Assembly (NCBI GenBank): GCA_002479255.1
Contig: DLMJ01000005.1
Span: 8,664-72,663 of the forward strand
Source of the DNA: Candidatus Binatus soli
Lineage (GTDB): Bacteria; Desulfobacterota; Binatia; Binatales; Binataceae
Direction of reading: 5' to 3'
Length of the DNA: 64,000 bases
Shown: positions 29,337 through 39,028 of the stretch, in pieces
Layout of the letters: every line of letters begins with the position of its first letter
Numbering within the stretch: the stretch's first letter is position 1
Translations under genes and position numbers: made by a program
Notes under the pieces: generated by a model
The model's input: the letters and a program-made list of their open reading frames with translations, nothing else
Databases searched by the model: none
What the model was told of the DNA's origin: nothing

Positions 29337-29972
29337 ATGCTCGATAAAATAATCTCCGGACTCTCCGCCTTCATCATCGCGACGATTTCTGCGCTCGGCT
29401 ACGGCGGGGTTGTCCTGATGATGGCGATCGAAAGCGCATGCATCCCGTTGCCCTCCGAAATCATCATGCCGTTCTCGGGCTACCTGGTCGTCACCGGCCG
29501 CTTCGGTTTGCAGATGGTCGCGATAGCGGGGGCGGTCGGATGCCTGCTCGGCTCGTACGTGGCGTATTTCGTCGGCTCCTGGGGCGGCCGCCCTTTCATC
29601 GAGCGTTACGGCCGTTACGTTCTCATCGCTCAGCACGAACTCGAAACCGCCGACCGCTTTTTCGCGCGATGGGGTTCGCACACCGTCTTCTGGAGCCGCA
29701 TGCTGCCGGTAGTGCGCACCTTCATCGCATTTCCCGCGGGCGTATCGCGGATGAAACTCGTCCCGTTCACCATCTACACGCTGATCGGGTCATACATATG
29801 GTGTCTCGCGCTGGCCTACGGCGGGATGAAACTCGGGCAGCACTGGAAGGATCTCGCGCCGTATTTTCATCGCTTCGACGCATTGATCGCGATACTCTTG
29901 ATAGTGGGCGGCGTCGCCCTGATCTATAATCGGGTGAAGGGAATCGCGTCCGCATCGACTTCCGCCAATTGA
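29337..29972 (+). CDS. dedA: DedA/SNARE-associated (TVP38/TMEM64) family membrane protein
   Basis: 211 aa; typical DedA core (GYGGVVLMMAIESACIPLPSEII...RMLPVVRTFIAFPAGVSRM). Confidence 0.8.
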   Translation: MLDKIISGLSAFIIATISALGYGGVVLMMAIESACIPLPSEIIMPFSGYLVVTGRFGLQMVAIAGAVGCLLGSYVAYFVGSWGGRPFIERYGRYVLIAQHELETADRFFARWGSHTVFWSRMLPVVRTFIAFPAGVSRMKLVPFTIYTLIGSYIWCLALAYGGMKLGQHWKDLAPYFHRFDALIAILLIVGGVALIYNRVKGIASASTSAN

Positions 29973-29999
29973 ATCCATCGCGGCCAGGAAAGGAACCAA

Positions 30000-30245
30000 A
30001 TGCCCGCAATAGAACCGCCCGACCCTTCCGAACTCGAGGAAATATTCGCCAGCATCGATCCGACTCCGGTCCGGATGGCTCATGACTACCTGAACGAAGC
30101 CGGCATCGAATCATTCGTCTTTGACGCCGGATCGTCGCGGCTGCTCGGTACGACCGCCGCGGTGCCGACCCGCCTGATGGTTCATCGGGACGCCGCCAAA
30201 GACGCGCGCGACCGCTTAAACGAACTCGGCTTCACGGACAAGTGA
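30000..30245 (+). CDS. small DUF2007-like protein (putative signal-transducing, PII-like fold)
   Basis: 81 aa, acidic, resembles the DUF2007 family; weak assignment. Confidence 0.45.
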   Translation: MPAIEPPDPSELEEIFASIDPTPVRMAHDYLNEAGIESFVFDAGSSRLLGTTAAVPTRLMVHRDAAKDARDRLNELGFTDK

Positions 30246-31840
30246 TCGTACACAACCGGAATCCTGGATGGTGGCAGCGCGCCGTTTTCTACCAGATCTA
30301 TCCGCGCTCGTTTGCCGATTCGAACGGAGACGGTGTCGGCGATCTCGACGGCGTTACCGCGCATCTCGACTATCTCAATGACGGTACGCCGAACTCGCTC
30401 GGCATCGACGCCATCTGGCTGAACCCCATCAATCCGTCGCCGCTCGACGACTGGGGCTACGACATCAGCGACTATTGCGGCATCCACCCGGAACTCGGCG
30501 ATCTCGCCGCCTTCGATCGCCTGGTTGCACAGGCGCATCGCCGCGGGATACGCGTGATCGTCGATCTGGTGCCCAACCATACCTCGAATCAGCATCCATG
30601 GTTCGTCGAGTCGCGCGCGTCGCGCGCCAATCCCAAACGCGACTGGTACATCTGGATTCCCGGCCTGCCGGATCGTCCGCCCAGCAACTGGCAGAGCTAC
30701 TTCGGCGGCGATGCGTGGAAGTACGACCCCGCCACCGCGTCATGGTACCTGCACACGTTCCTCGAGGAGCAGCCCGACCTGAATTATCGAAATCCCCAAG
30801 TGGTCGAGGCAATTCACGACGTCATCCGGTTCTGGCTCGATCGCGGCGCTGACGGTTTTCGCATCGACGTGATCCAGGGGCTCATCAAGGATGACCAGCT
30901 CCGCGACAATCCGGTCCGGGCCGAGCACGACCCCGACATCCCGTGGTACGCGGAGGGCACGCAGGATCCGCTCTACAGTTCGGACCGGCCCGAGGTTCAC
31001 GAAATCATTCGCGGGTTGCGCCGCGTCACCGACAGTTACGAACAGCGGATGATGGTCGGCGAGACGTGGCCGCGCGAGCAGGAACGGCTGGCGGACTATC
31101 TGCGGCCCGACGAACTTCAGCTCGCGTTCAACTTTCGCTTTCTGCTCGCGCACTACGACGCGCGCCGCTTCCGGGCCGCAATCGAGCTGACGGAAAAGAC
31201 CTTCGGACCCGGCGCGTGGCCCACCTGGACGCTCTCGAATCACGATTTCCCGCGCCATATCTCGCGCTACTCGTACGATGGCGACGGTGACGCACGCGCC
31301 CGCGTCGCTGCGGTGATGATCATGGCTTTGCGCGGCACGCCCTTCATTTACTACGGCGAAGAAATCGGGATGCGCGAAGCGGAAATTCCCGCCGGTCGCA
31401 AACTCGATCCGGTCGGACGCGACGGTTGCCGCTCGCCGATGCAATGGAGCGGCGCCCGCAACGGCGGATTCTCCGCGAACGCGAGGACATGGCTGCCGTG
31501 CGGAGACTTCAAGGCGGTCAACGTCGCACGCCAGTTGAACGATCCGCACTCGATGCTCTCGCTCTATCGCCGGCTGATCCAAATCCGCAAATCAACCCCG
31601 GCGCTGACCGAGGGCAGCTATCGCGCCCTGGACAGCGCGCCCGAAGATTGTCTCGTGTTCCATCGCGATACGCCCGCGCAGCACATTGTCGTCGCGCTGA
31701 ATTTCACCGCCGAGCCACGCGAGATCGATTTGCCCGCGGGCAAAATCATTCTGAGCACGATTGCCGCCGGGCGGGCCGAGTCCACGAAATCTCCCCTGCG
31801 GCTGGGCCCAAACGAAGCCGTCATCGTGGAAGCCGGCTGA
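30242..31840 (+). CDS. glycoside hydrolase family 13 alpha-glucosidase / oligo-1,6-glucosidase / trehalose-synthase-like enzyme
   Basis: WWQRAVFYQIYPRSFADSNGDGVGDLDGV..., GIRVIVDLVPNHTS, GADGFRIDV, and YYGEEIGM motifs of GH13 subfamily alpha-glucosidases. Confidence 0.85.
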   Translation: MIVHNRNPGWWQRAVFYQIYPRSFADSNGDGVGDLDGVTAHLDYLNDGTPNSLGIDAIWLNPINPSPLDDWGYDISDYCGIHPELGDLAAFDRLVAQAHRRGIRVIVDLVPNHTSNQHPWFVESRASRANPKRDWYIWIPGLPDRPPSNWQSYFGGDAWKYDPATASWYLHTFLEEQPDLNYRNPQVVEAIHDVIRFWLDRGADGFRIDVIQGLIKDDQLRDNPVRAEHDPDIPWYAEGTQDPLYSSDRPEVHEIIRGLRRVTDSYEQRMMVGETWPREQERLADYLRPDELQLAFNFRFLLAHYDARRFRAAIELTEKTFGPGAWPTWTLSNHDFPRHISRYSYDGDGDARARVAAVMIMALRGTPFIYYGEEIGMREAEIPAGRKLDPVGRDGCRSPMQWSGARNGGFSANARTWLPCGDFKAVNVARQLNDPHSMLSLYRRLIQIRKSTPALTEGSYRALDSAPEDCLVFHRDTPAQHIVVALNFTAEPREIDLPAGKIILSTIAAGRAESTKSPLRLGPNEAVIVEAG

Positions 31841-32012
31841 ACTTTCCAGTTTGCGCGCCGCCACTTCCGTTCATAGGATCACCGCCGATCGGGCAATTTC
31901 TACCATCCGTTGGTACTGTCTCAGTTTGGGACTCGGCTCCGGGTAGGAAGTGGACCTTAGCGCTCATCCGCCCTCGGCGCTATGTTGACCGGAAAACCGC
32001 GTGAGGTGTTCC

Positions 32013-32477
32013 ATGATGCGGATTATCCAAGGCGACCTGAGCGACCAGCGCGTGGTCGATCTCCTGCATATTCACCTGACAACGTTTCCGTCCGGGCCTC
32101 CGGAGAGCGGGCACGCTTTGGACATCACCGGGCTTCAATCTTCTGACATCAGCTTTTGGACGATCTGGGAGGATGAAACGCTCTTGGGATTCGGTGCGCT
32201 GAAGCGGCTCTCGGCCGATCATGGTGAGGTCAAGTCGATGCATACCGCTCAGGCCATGCGGGGAAGGGGAGTGGGAACCGCGATGCTGCGGCACATCATT
32301 GCGACCGCGCGGGTAAGAGGCATGTCCCGCCTTAGCCTCGAGACAGGCACAAAGGATTATTATCGGCCAGCGCGCTCGCTTTACAGGAGCCATGGCTTCG
32401 TGGAGTGTCCGCCGTTCGCCGACTATGTGCTCGACCCGAACAGTGTCTTCATGTCGCTCGACCTGCACGAATCCTGA
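32013..32477 (+). CDS. GNAT family N-acetyltransferase
   Basis: Acetyl-CoA binding motif AMRGRGVGTAMLRHII. ORF begins with GTG at 32001; ATG at 32013. Confidence 0.7.
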   Translation: MMRIIQGDLSDQRVVDLLHIHLTTFPSGPPESGHALDITGLQSSDISFWTIWEDETLLGFGALKRLSADHGEVKSMHTAQAMRGRGVGTAMLRHIIATARVRGMSRLSLETGTKDYYRPARSLYRSHGFVECPPFADYVLDPNSVFMSLDLHES

Positions 32478-32497
32478 TCCGGAGGTCCACTCAGGGC

Positions 32498-32529
32498 GTG
32501 AAAGCCGAATGTGAAACTGAGACACTACC
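32498..32529. repeat. copy 1 of a ~32-bp direct repeat (gtgaaagccgaatgtgaaactgagacactacc)
   Basis: Read directly. Copy 2 at 33293-33324 (ctgaaagccgaatgtgaaactgggacactacc); 30/32 identical, both in the same orientation. Confidence 0.8.
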
Positions 32530-32570
32530 CGTCGTCGCGTTGGCGAGAAGTCGGCTGTGAAGAGGGGCGT

Positions 32571-33092
32571 ATGTCTGAAATTCAAACCAGGCACTTGGTT
32601 CTTCGACAATTCAGAGATTCCGACGTCGACCCGCTATACGAGATTCAAGGCGACCGGGAGTACATGAGGTTCACCTTCTGCGCAGAATCCAGAGCGGTAT
32701 GTGAGACCTGGCTTCGTCGATATGCTGAGAGCCGGCGCGTAAATGGCTTTGCTCCGTGGACGATAGTGCTCCGCTCGGACGATCGTGTGATCGGATGGGG
32801 AGGGCTGAATATCGATCCTAAGGCGCCTGAATGGGGCCCCGAGGTGAGCTACTTCATCCACCCGGCGTATCAAGGTCGAGGATTCGCTACCGAGCTCGTG
32901 CATTGCTCTCTGCAGTACGGGTTCAACGACTTGCAGCTGAAGCGGATCGGCGCATTCGCGATGCCGGAGAACGAAGCCTCCATCAGGGTTCTTACAAAGT
33001 GCGGGTTCAAATTCCTTCGGTACGAACCGGCACTTCGTCGCAACCACTACGAGTTAGGGGCAGAGGAGTGGACACCGCCGACCGAAAATTGA
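32571..33092 (+). CDS. GNAT family N-acetyltransferase (RimJ/RimL-like)
   Basis: HLVLRQFRDSDVDPLYEI...VIGWGGL...QGRGFATELV...AFAMPENEASIRVLTKCGF. Start MSEIQTRH at 32571; the ORF from 32511 would read through repeat copy 1. Confidence 0.75.
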   Translation: MSEIQTRHLVLRQFRDSDVDPLYEIQGDREYMRFTFCAESRAVCETWLRRYAESRRVNGFAPWTIVLRSDDRVIGWGGLNIDPKAPEWGPEVSYFIHPAYQGRGFATELVHCSLQYGFNDLQLKRIGAFAMPENEASIRVLTKCGFKFLRYEPALRRNHYELGAEEWTPPTEN

Positions 33093-33126
33093 CGAAATGC
33101 CTTTAGACTTAAGATTTCCCAGAAAC

Positions 33127-33507
33127 TCACGCCGCCTGTTTCTCGCGCTCGGCGATGAAGCGCTGGATTTCCTCGGCTTTGAATCGGACGTAATGGCCCA
33201 ATCTGATGGATGGAAGAGTGCCAAGTCTCGCTTGCTCTCGGACCCACGATTCGGGGACATCGAATAGCTTCGCGACCTGAGGAGCTCCAGGCCTGAAAGC
33301 CGAATGTGAAACTGGGACACTACCATCCGTGGTGGTTTTGGGACGGATGCTCTCTAGGGGTAGTTTCGTTCCGTCAGAAATTATTTCTGCTGGAAGCGGG
33401 GCTCGCCCGATTTCAGGCGAGCCCAGCGAGTACGGGATATCCTGGCGATTGACCATAGCGTACGCATAGCACGCCAAATCCCGGCGGGGGCAGGCTGAAT
33501 AGTTCAT
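33127..33507 (-). CDS. excisionase-family HTH protein, possibly degenerate. The C-terminal 55 aa are Xis-like; the N-terminal 70 aa are of doubtful coding quality and overlap repeat copy 2
   Basis: C-terminal VAKLFDVPESWVREQARLGTLPSIRLGHYVRFKAEEIQRFIAEREKQ matches the Xis/HTH_17 pattern. No ATG/GTG/TTG start lies close to the HTH; the N-terminal region contains several DNA hairpins. Confidence 0.45.
   Translation of the reverse strand: MNYSACPRRDLACYAYAMVNRQDIPYSLGSPEIGRAPLPAEIISDGTKLPLESIRPKTTTDGSVPVSHSAFRPGAPQVAKLFDVPESWVREQARLGTLPSIRLGHYVRFKAEEIQRFIAEREKQAA
33293..33324. repeat. copy 2 of the ~32-bp direct repeat flanking the second GNAT gene
   Basis: See copy 1. Followed by inverted repeats catccgt...acggatg and gggctcgcc...ggcgagccc. 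Confidence 0.8.
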
Positions 33508-33552
33508 CCCCCAAATCCGGTTAATCGAAACCGAACCAGTGCCAAAAGAAAG

Positions 33553-33580
33553 CGACGGGCCATCGGCCCGCCGCCTTCGA
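33553..33580 (-). terminator. probable rho-independent terminator of glnA
   Basis: cgggccatcggcccg hairpin followed on the minus strand by a T-rich tract (tcgctttcttttgg). Confidence 0.5.
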
Positions 33581-33602
33581 TCTGACGATTGACTATCCCT
33601 GC

Positions 33603-35030
33603 TTACGCGTCGTAGTAGAGCGCGAATTCGTACGGATGCGGCCGCAGGCGAATCGCGCTGACTTCGTTCGCCATCTTGTAATCGATCCAGGTCTCGATCA
33701 GGTCCTCGGTAAAGACATCGCCCTTGAGCAGGAACTCGTGATCCTTCTTCAGGTTGGCCAGTGATTCCTCGAGCGACGCGGGCATGCTCGGCACCTCGGC
33801 CAACTCGGCCGGCGTAAGTGCATAGATGTCCTTGTCGAGCGGCTGGCCCGGATCGAGCCGGCGCTGAATTCCGTCGAGCCCCGCCATCAGCATCGCGGAG
33901 AACGCGAGATACGGATTGCAGGTCGGGTCGGGGAAGCGTACTTCGATTCGCTTGGCCTTCGGCGACGGCGAGTACATCGGGATTCGCACCGAGGCCGAGC
34001 GGTTGCGCGACGAGTACGCCAGGTTGATCGGCGCCTCGAAGCCCGGCACCAGCCGGCGATACGAGTTGGTGCCCGGACAGGTGAAAGCCGCCAGCGTCGG
34101 CGCGTGATGCAGGATGCCCGCGATGTAGTGCATCCCAAGTTCCGACATCCCGGCGTAGCCGTTGCCGGCGAACAGGGGAGTGTCACCCTTCCAGATGCTC
34201 TGATGCGTGTGCATGCCGGTGCCATTGTCGCCGAAGATCGGCTTGGGCATGAAGGTGGCAGTCATCCCATGGCGCACCGCGACGTTCTTGACGATGTATT
34301 TGTACCAGGTCAGCCAGTCGGACATTTTGGTCAGCGTCTGAAAGCGCATGTCGATTTCAGCCTGGCCTGCGGTGGCGACTTCGTGATGCTGTTTCTCGAC
34401 GCGGATACCTACCCGCTCCATCTCGAGCACCATCTCGGTGCGGATGTCCTGCAGGGTGTCCACCGGCGGGACCGGGAAGTAGCCGGCTTTGTTCTTGACC
34501 TTGAAGCCCAGGTTGGCGCCTTCCTTGACCGCGCCCTCGCGCCCGCTGTTCCAGTTACCTTCGTTCGAGTCGATGTAGTAGTAGCTCGAATTCTGCGTGG
34601 TGTCGTAGCGCAGCGAGTCGAAGATAAAAAACTCCGGTTCGGGTCCGAAGTACGCCGAGTCGCCGATGCCGGTGGTCTTCAAATAGGCTTCGGCCTTGCG
34701 CGAGATATTACGCGGGTCGCGTGTGTAGTCGGCGCGGGTGATCGGATCGGAGATGTTGGCGATCATACTCAGCGTGGGATCCTTGGTGAACGGATCCATC
34801 ACCGCCGTATCCGGATCGGGAATCACCAGCATGTCGCTGTTGTCGATCGCCTGCCAGCCGCGAATCGACGACCCGTCGAAGCCGAGGCCCTCGTCGAAGG
34901 GCGCTTCATCCTTGAACTCGGAGATCGGGGCAGTGAAATGCTGCCACGTGCCGAGCAGATCGATGAATTTCACATCGACCATCACCACGCCCTTATCCTT
35001 GATCATTTGCAGAACTTGTTTAGGCGTCAT
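33603..35030 (-). CDS. glnA: glutamine synthetase type I
   Basis: 475 aa; canonical GSI motifs ([47 protein letters not shown]) and adenylylation-site region. Confidence 0.9.
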   Translation of the reverse strand: MTPKQVLQMIKDKGVVMVDVKFIDLLGTWQHFTAPISEFKDEAPFDEGLGFDGSSIRGWQAIDNSDMLVIPDPDTAVMDPFTKDPTLSMIANISDPITRADYTRDPRNISRKAEAYLKTTGIGDSAYFGPEPEFFIFDSLRYDTTQNSSYYYIDSNEGNWNSGREGAVKEGANLGFKVKNKAGYFPVPPVDTLQDIRTEMVLEMERVGIRVEKQHHEVATAGQAEIDMRFQTLTKMSDWLTWYKYIVKNVAVRHGMTATFMPKPIFGDNGTGMHTHQSIWKGDTPLFAGNGYAGMSELGMHYIAGILHHAPTLAAFTCPGTNSYRRLVPGFEAPINLAYSSRNRSASVRIPMYSPSPKAKRIEVRFPDPTCNPYLAFSAMLMAGLDGIQRRLDPGQPLDKDIYALTPAELAEVPSMPASLEESLANLKKDHEFLLKGDVFTEDLIETWIDYKMANEVSAIRLRPHPYEFALYYDA

Positions 35031-35338
35031 CGAACCCGTAACCCTCCTGGCCGCTTAACGGGGGCGGCATACCCATACTTGTTGGTTGATTGAACGATCT
35101 ATAGAAACCGCGCGCCGTCCGCACCTGCGGACGATGGCATGAGACGCATCAGGAATTACACCGGCCGTCACACCAGACTCATTCGAACGTTACGACCGAC
35201 AACGCTTTCTGTCACGAAAACTCCCTTAATGCAACGCCCATCGAACGGGCGTCTGCCGCACATTCGAGCAGCATCGCACGCCCGATGACTTGCGTTTCGG
35301 TGGAGGATCCAGCATCGGAGCCTCTATTTTTCCGCCCA

Positions 35339-36352
35339 TCAGCCCAACAGTTTGATCATTGCAAAATAAATGCCGAGCATGACCAGCCCCATCGGCACTC
35401 CAATCTTCGCCCACGCGGCGCTCTCGATTCTGAGCGCCCCCGCGCTAACGATGTTGGGGATATTGCCCGGTATCAGCATCCCGCCCGAAACCAGCAGCGC
35501 CAGAATCGCCTCGCGCGCGCGCGCAATGGCCATGCCGTGGACTTCGAGCGCGACCAGGGTCGCATTGTCGAGCGCGGCGGACACGGTATTGACCCAGAAC
35601 AGAAGATCGTTGCTCATTTTGCTGACGTACTCATTCGCAATCGGGCCGTAAGCGCTGCTGATCAGCACCAGGCCCGCGATGAACGCAAACACCTTGGCTG
35701 CTTGAACGAAAATCGCGCTGTAGGATTGGCGTACGTGCGCGCCCGCGGGCGCCTCGTCGTATTCACCGCGGGCAAACCCGCCTGCGACTATCGAACTCAC
35801 AAACACGCCGGGAAATACCCAGGGCGCCAGCAAATGGAACAGCCCGAAGAAGCCCAGATTGAGCGCTCCCGTGGCAAGCGTCGAGAGCGGCTCGCCCAGC
35901 GGCGTCAGCGATGCGCCCAGGCCGATGGCGAAGCATCCCGCAACCGTCACGCGCACCCGCTTGTCGCGTGCGAAATGAAGCAGGCCTATCACCTCGACCA
36001 GCACCAGGGCGGCGACGATCGCGGTGATGACGCTGGAGATAGATGCGATCGCGAAAATCGTCGCGGCGGTCAGTACCGGTCGCGACACTCGCTTGCGCAG
36101 CCGGTTGAAGACCCGGTCGAGCATCCGCCGCATCCATCCGAACAGGAGAGCGGCGACCATCACGGCGACGCTGATAGCGACCGGCTCGTGCAACGCCTCT
36201 GAAATCAACTCCCGCGTGAAGCCGCTCCCAAGCATGGTCGCAAGCACGCCGAGCGCGAGGAAGTAGAGCTCGATATTGTGCTCGATCTTCGCGATGGCGA
36301 GCGGTCCGAACAGGAGCAGGACAAGGATTGCGACGGCAGAAGTGTGATTCAT
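35339..36352 (-). CDS. polytopic membrane protein, DUF1646-like (putative cation transporter family)
   Basis: 337 aa, ~10 TM helices, no soluble domain. Family assignment is from recall only. Confidence 0.45.
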   Translation of the reverse strand: MNHTSAVAILVLLLFGPLAIAKIEHNIELYFLALGVLATMLGSGFTRELISEALHEPVAISVAVMVAALLFGWMRRMLDRVFNRLRKRVSRPVLTAATIFAIASISSVITAIVAALVLVEVIGLLHFARDKRVRVTVAGCFAIGLGASLTPLGEPLSTLATGALNLGFFGLFHLLAPWVFPGVFVSSIVAGGFARGEYDEAPAGAHVRQSYSAIFVQAAKVFAFIAGLVLISSAYGPIANEYVSKMSNDLLFWVNTVSAALDNATLVALEVHGMAIARAREAILALLVSGGMLIPGNIPNIVSAGALRIESAAWAKIGVPMGLVMLGIYFAMIKLLG

Positions 36353-36473
36353 GAGTTGCGCGCGAAAAAACTACTATCACGCATCGATCGCGTGCAATAA
36401 AGAAGCGGCGGGTCCGCTTCTTCGGACCCGCCGCCGGCGCATCGTTGCGCGACTAACTGGTCAGGTTCCTCCC

Positions 36474-38072
36474 TCAGAAGGCGTAAATGATGTTGGCGGC
36501 CAAAGTATCCTGGCCGTGCCACAGATGCTGCTGGCCGGTCACCGGGCTGACGAAATTGTTGTTGGGGAACACGTTCACATCGGAATTGTCATGCCGGTAT
36601 TCCAAGCGAGCGATGAGTCCCGTCACTTGGGGTATCTTGTAGCTCAGCGTCTGGGTAATTTCCCACAACGTCTGGGTAGTCCCGGTACGCGCGCCATCCT
36701 CGTCGTCGAAGAATTCGCCGCGCGTGGCCAATTCCAGCGAAGGGGTACAGTCATAAACCAAGTACTGCGCCAGTCCCTGCCACGTCGCGCTGTGCCCGGC
36801 GGTAAACGGGGTGGCGGTTGCCGGGCCGCTCTGGCTTGCATACAGATACTCGGTCTCAAGCGTGAGATTTGGTATGAACGACGGCTTCCAGGTCGCGATC
36901 GGATCGATCGTTCCCACATTTTCATTGGATTTGTGCAGACCTAAGGGGTTGGGTAGCGAGGGCAGAACATTGGGCCCCCACATGCCGTTGACTACAAAGC
37001 TCAGCGACTTGTCCTTGTTGTTGAGCGTGAGCTGACCCTCATAGTTCGGACCGCCGTTTGTGGTGCTCGCGGGATTATCCCAGCCATTGTTGAGACCGGC
37101 CGCCGCCGACACGTAGTCGTTGAAGGTGTAGCTGGCGCGGATGCCGGTGTGGGCGGTTGGTTCGCCCAGGGTAAACAGCAGGCCGCGACTCTCGTTGTAA
37201 TTCTGGTTGTTGTAAACCGGAACGACCTCGGCGCTCAGCAGCGTTACGAAGCGGCCGGCTTGAAAACTAATGCCCGACCCGATCGGCGCGGTGTAGGTCA
37301 GGTAGTACTGCGTCGGATCGAACCATTGGGCGCCAACGCGCGAGGTGTTCGAGTAGTTTGTAATGGCGGAAATCGAGTTGGCAACCTGCCCGAAGTTGAG
37401 GTCAGTCACGAATCCAACCGTCCCGTCGCGCTCGATATGCAGGTTGCCCTGCGTGAGCTGGAATCCATCCTCGTCCCAGTCGCGAATGTAATTCGTGTTG
37501 CCGTTGGGCTGATTGAAGTTATGCTCGTAGCCCGCATCAACCAGCGCGTGGACGCTGATGCCAAGGTTGTCCGACAGATTCTTCTGGATGGCGGCGATGT
37601 TGGTCTCGGCCAGGCCGACGTGCTGGCCGATGGTGACCGGCGACGCGGAAGCCGCCGGCTGTGCGATGGTCATCGCGGCCTCTATCTTTTTAACCTCGCT
37701 GGTTGTGTCGTCGGTCTGCTTCTGCAGATTGCTCATCTGGCCAGACAGCGCGTCGAGCCGTTGCTGCTCGGGGGTGGGGGTGACGACAGTGGTGGTGGTC
37801 GTCGTCGTGGCCATCTTCATCCTGTGGTGATGATGCGTCGTCGTTGTCGTCGTCGCTGGATCTGCGGTCGATGGATCTGCCGCCCAGGCATTCGTGTTGC
37901 ACAGCAATCCAATCACTGCGACGCCGGCGATTAGGTTGATCCAGGCAGCGACCTTTGTCGTTTTCCTTCTGTTCACTCTTCTCCTTCCTCCTACGATGCG
38001 CGGCCTTAAGCCGCGGCTTCCGGTGCCCGCACGTAGCGGGCTACGGTGATGAACCGGTTGGCTTGGTTTCAA
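36474..38072 (-). CDS. outer-membrane beta-barrel porin-like protein with N-terminal His4/poly-Thr low-complexity segment and coiled-coil. Real start probably internal (signal peptide KTTKVAAWINLIAGVAVIGLLCNTNAWA)
   Basis: Signal peptide; TTTTTHHHHRMKMATTTTTTTVVTPTP; coiled-coil (QQRLDALSGQMSNLQKQTDD); alternating beta-strand pattern; C-terminal aromatic residue (…NIIYAF), typical of OM barrels. Confidence 0.55.
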   Translation of the reverse strand: MKPSQPVHHRSPLRAGTGSRGLRPRIVGGRRRVNRRKTTKVAAWINLIAGVAVIGLLCNTNAWAADPSTADPATTTTTTHHHHRMKMATTTTTTTVVTPTPEQQRLDALSGQMSNLQKQTDDTTSEVKKIEAAMTIAQPAASASPVTIGQHVGLAETNIAAIQKNLSDNLGISVHALVDAGYEHNFNQPNGNTNYIRDWDEDGFQLTQGNLHIERDGTVGFVTDLNFGQVANSISAITNYSNTSRVGAQWFDPTQYYLTYTAPIGSGISFQAGRFVTLLSAEVVPVYNNQNYNESRGLLFTLGEPTAHTGIRASYTFNDYVSAAAGLNNGWDNPASTTNGGPNYEGQLTLNNKDKSLSFVVNGMWGPNVLPSLPNPLGLHKSNENVGTIDPIATWKPSFIPNLTLETEYLYASQSGPATATPFTAGHSATWQGLAQYLVYDCTPSLELATRGEFFDDEDGARTGTTQTLWEITQTLSYKIPQVTGLIARLEYRHDNSDVNVFPNNNFVSPVTGQQHLWHGQDTLAANIIYAF

Positions 38073-38394
38073 GATTCATACCGGAGTAATAATTGAACGA
38101 TGCCGAAAATCCTCAGTATCGGCGATGAGTTTCGGCCGGCGGTAGATGCTGGTGATGCACGTATATGATGCATTTGCCGCATAGTTAATCAGTCCAATGC
38201 TCGAGGGTGAATATCGAAGCTGATCACTTATCCACAGCTCGCAAAGTACGCGTAAACATTTCAGTCTGAACCGGGTTGCAACATGAAAATTGAATTGACC
38301 GAGGCCCAGGACGAGATCGTCAGGCAGGTGCTCCTGCTGTGCGCGAACTTCCCGGACGAATACCGGCGCGAGCGCGTACTAACCTGTGCCGCGC

Positions 38395-38748
38395 ATGCGT
38401 AAAGGCGCGATCATCGTTCTGCTCGGCGCGCTATGCTTCGCGGGCTACGTGTTCTTCGCCTTGGTCGGCGCGGAACCGGTCAAGGTGGCCGAAACTCGCC
38501 TGGTGCGAAGCGGCGGCCAGGTGTTGGTCGAAGGCGAGGTTCGCAATACAGGCGACGACACGGGCCCTCTCCAGGTCGAAGTCCATTATTTCGATCGCGA
38601 CGGCCACTCGATCGGCAAGGATATCGTTTCGGTGGATGGCCTCCGTCGCGGAGCTGCCGTGCGCTTCAAGAGTTCACCGCGTCCCGACGACGGCGTCGCC
38701 GATTTTTCCATTTATCTCAATCACGGGCGAAATCCCTACGGAAATTGA
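38395..38748 (+). CDS. small membrane-anchored hypothetical protein
   Basis: N-terminal TM helix (GAIIVLLGALCFAGYVFFALV) followed by ~90 aa of soluble sequence; no family recognised. Confidence 0.4.
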   Translation: MRKGAIIVLLGALCFAGYVFFALVGAEPVKVAETRLVRSGGQVLVEGEVRNTGDDTGPLQVEVHYFDRDGHSIGKDIVSVDGLRRGAAVRFKSSPRPDDGVADFSIYLNHGRNPYGN

Positions 38749-39028
38749 CAAGAATCGCCCGTGAAAACCATTAATAGTACTTATTCGCAAAATAAGTCCA
38801 TTTTCCAACGGATATTCCTAAGTTCGCGAAGTCTAAACAGTTTGTGAACGACGCTATTTGCAAACGTATGGCGCTGTTGAAGGTGTCCATACAAATCCAC
38901 CGGCAGTCTGTTTGTCTTTAAGTCGTTTTGATGGTACTAACTGTAAGTATCGAATATCACCTTTTTGATGAGGATGCGGTCAAATCACGGACCGCGCCAA
39001 ATCAGCACAAACAAGGGGAATCGGATCA

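Noticed and set aside
34104-36380. 329-aa and 305-aa plus-strand ORFs (34104-35093, 35285-36202) and 205-aa minus-strand ORF (35763-36380)
   Set aside because: Antisense or off-frame to glnA and the DUF1646-like membrane protein gene.
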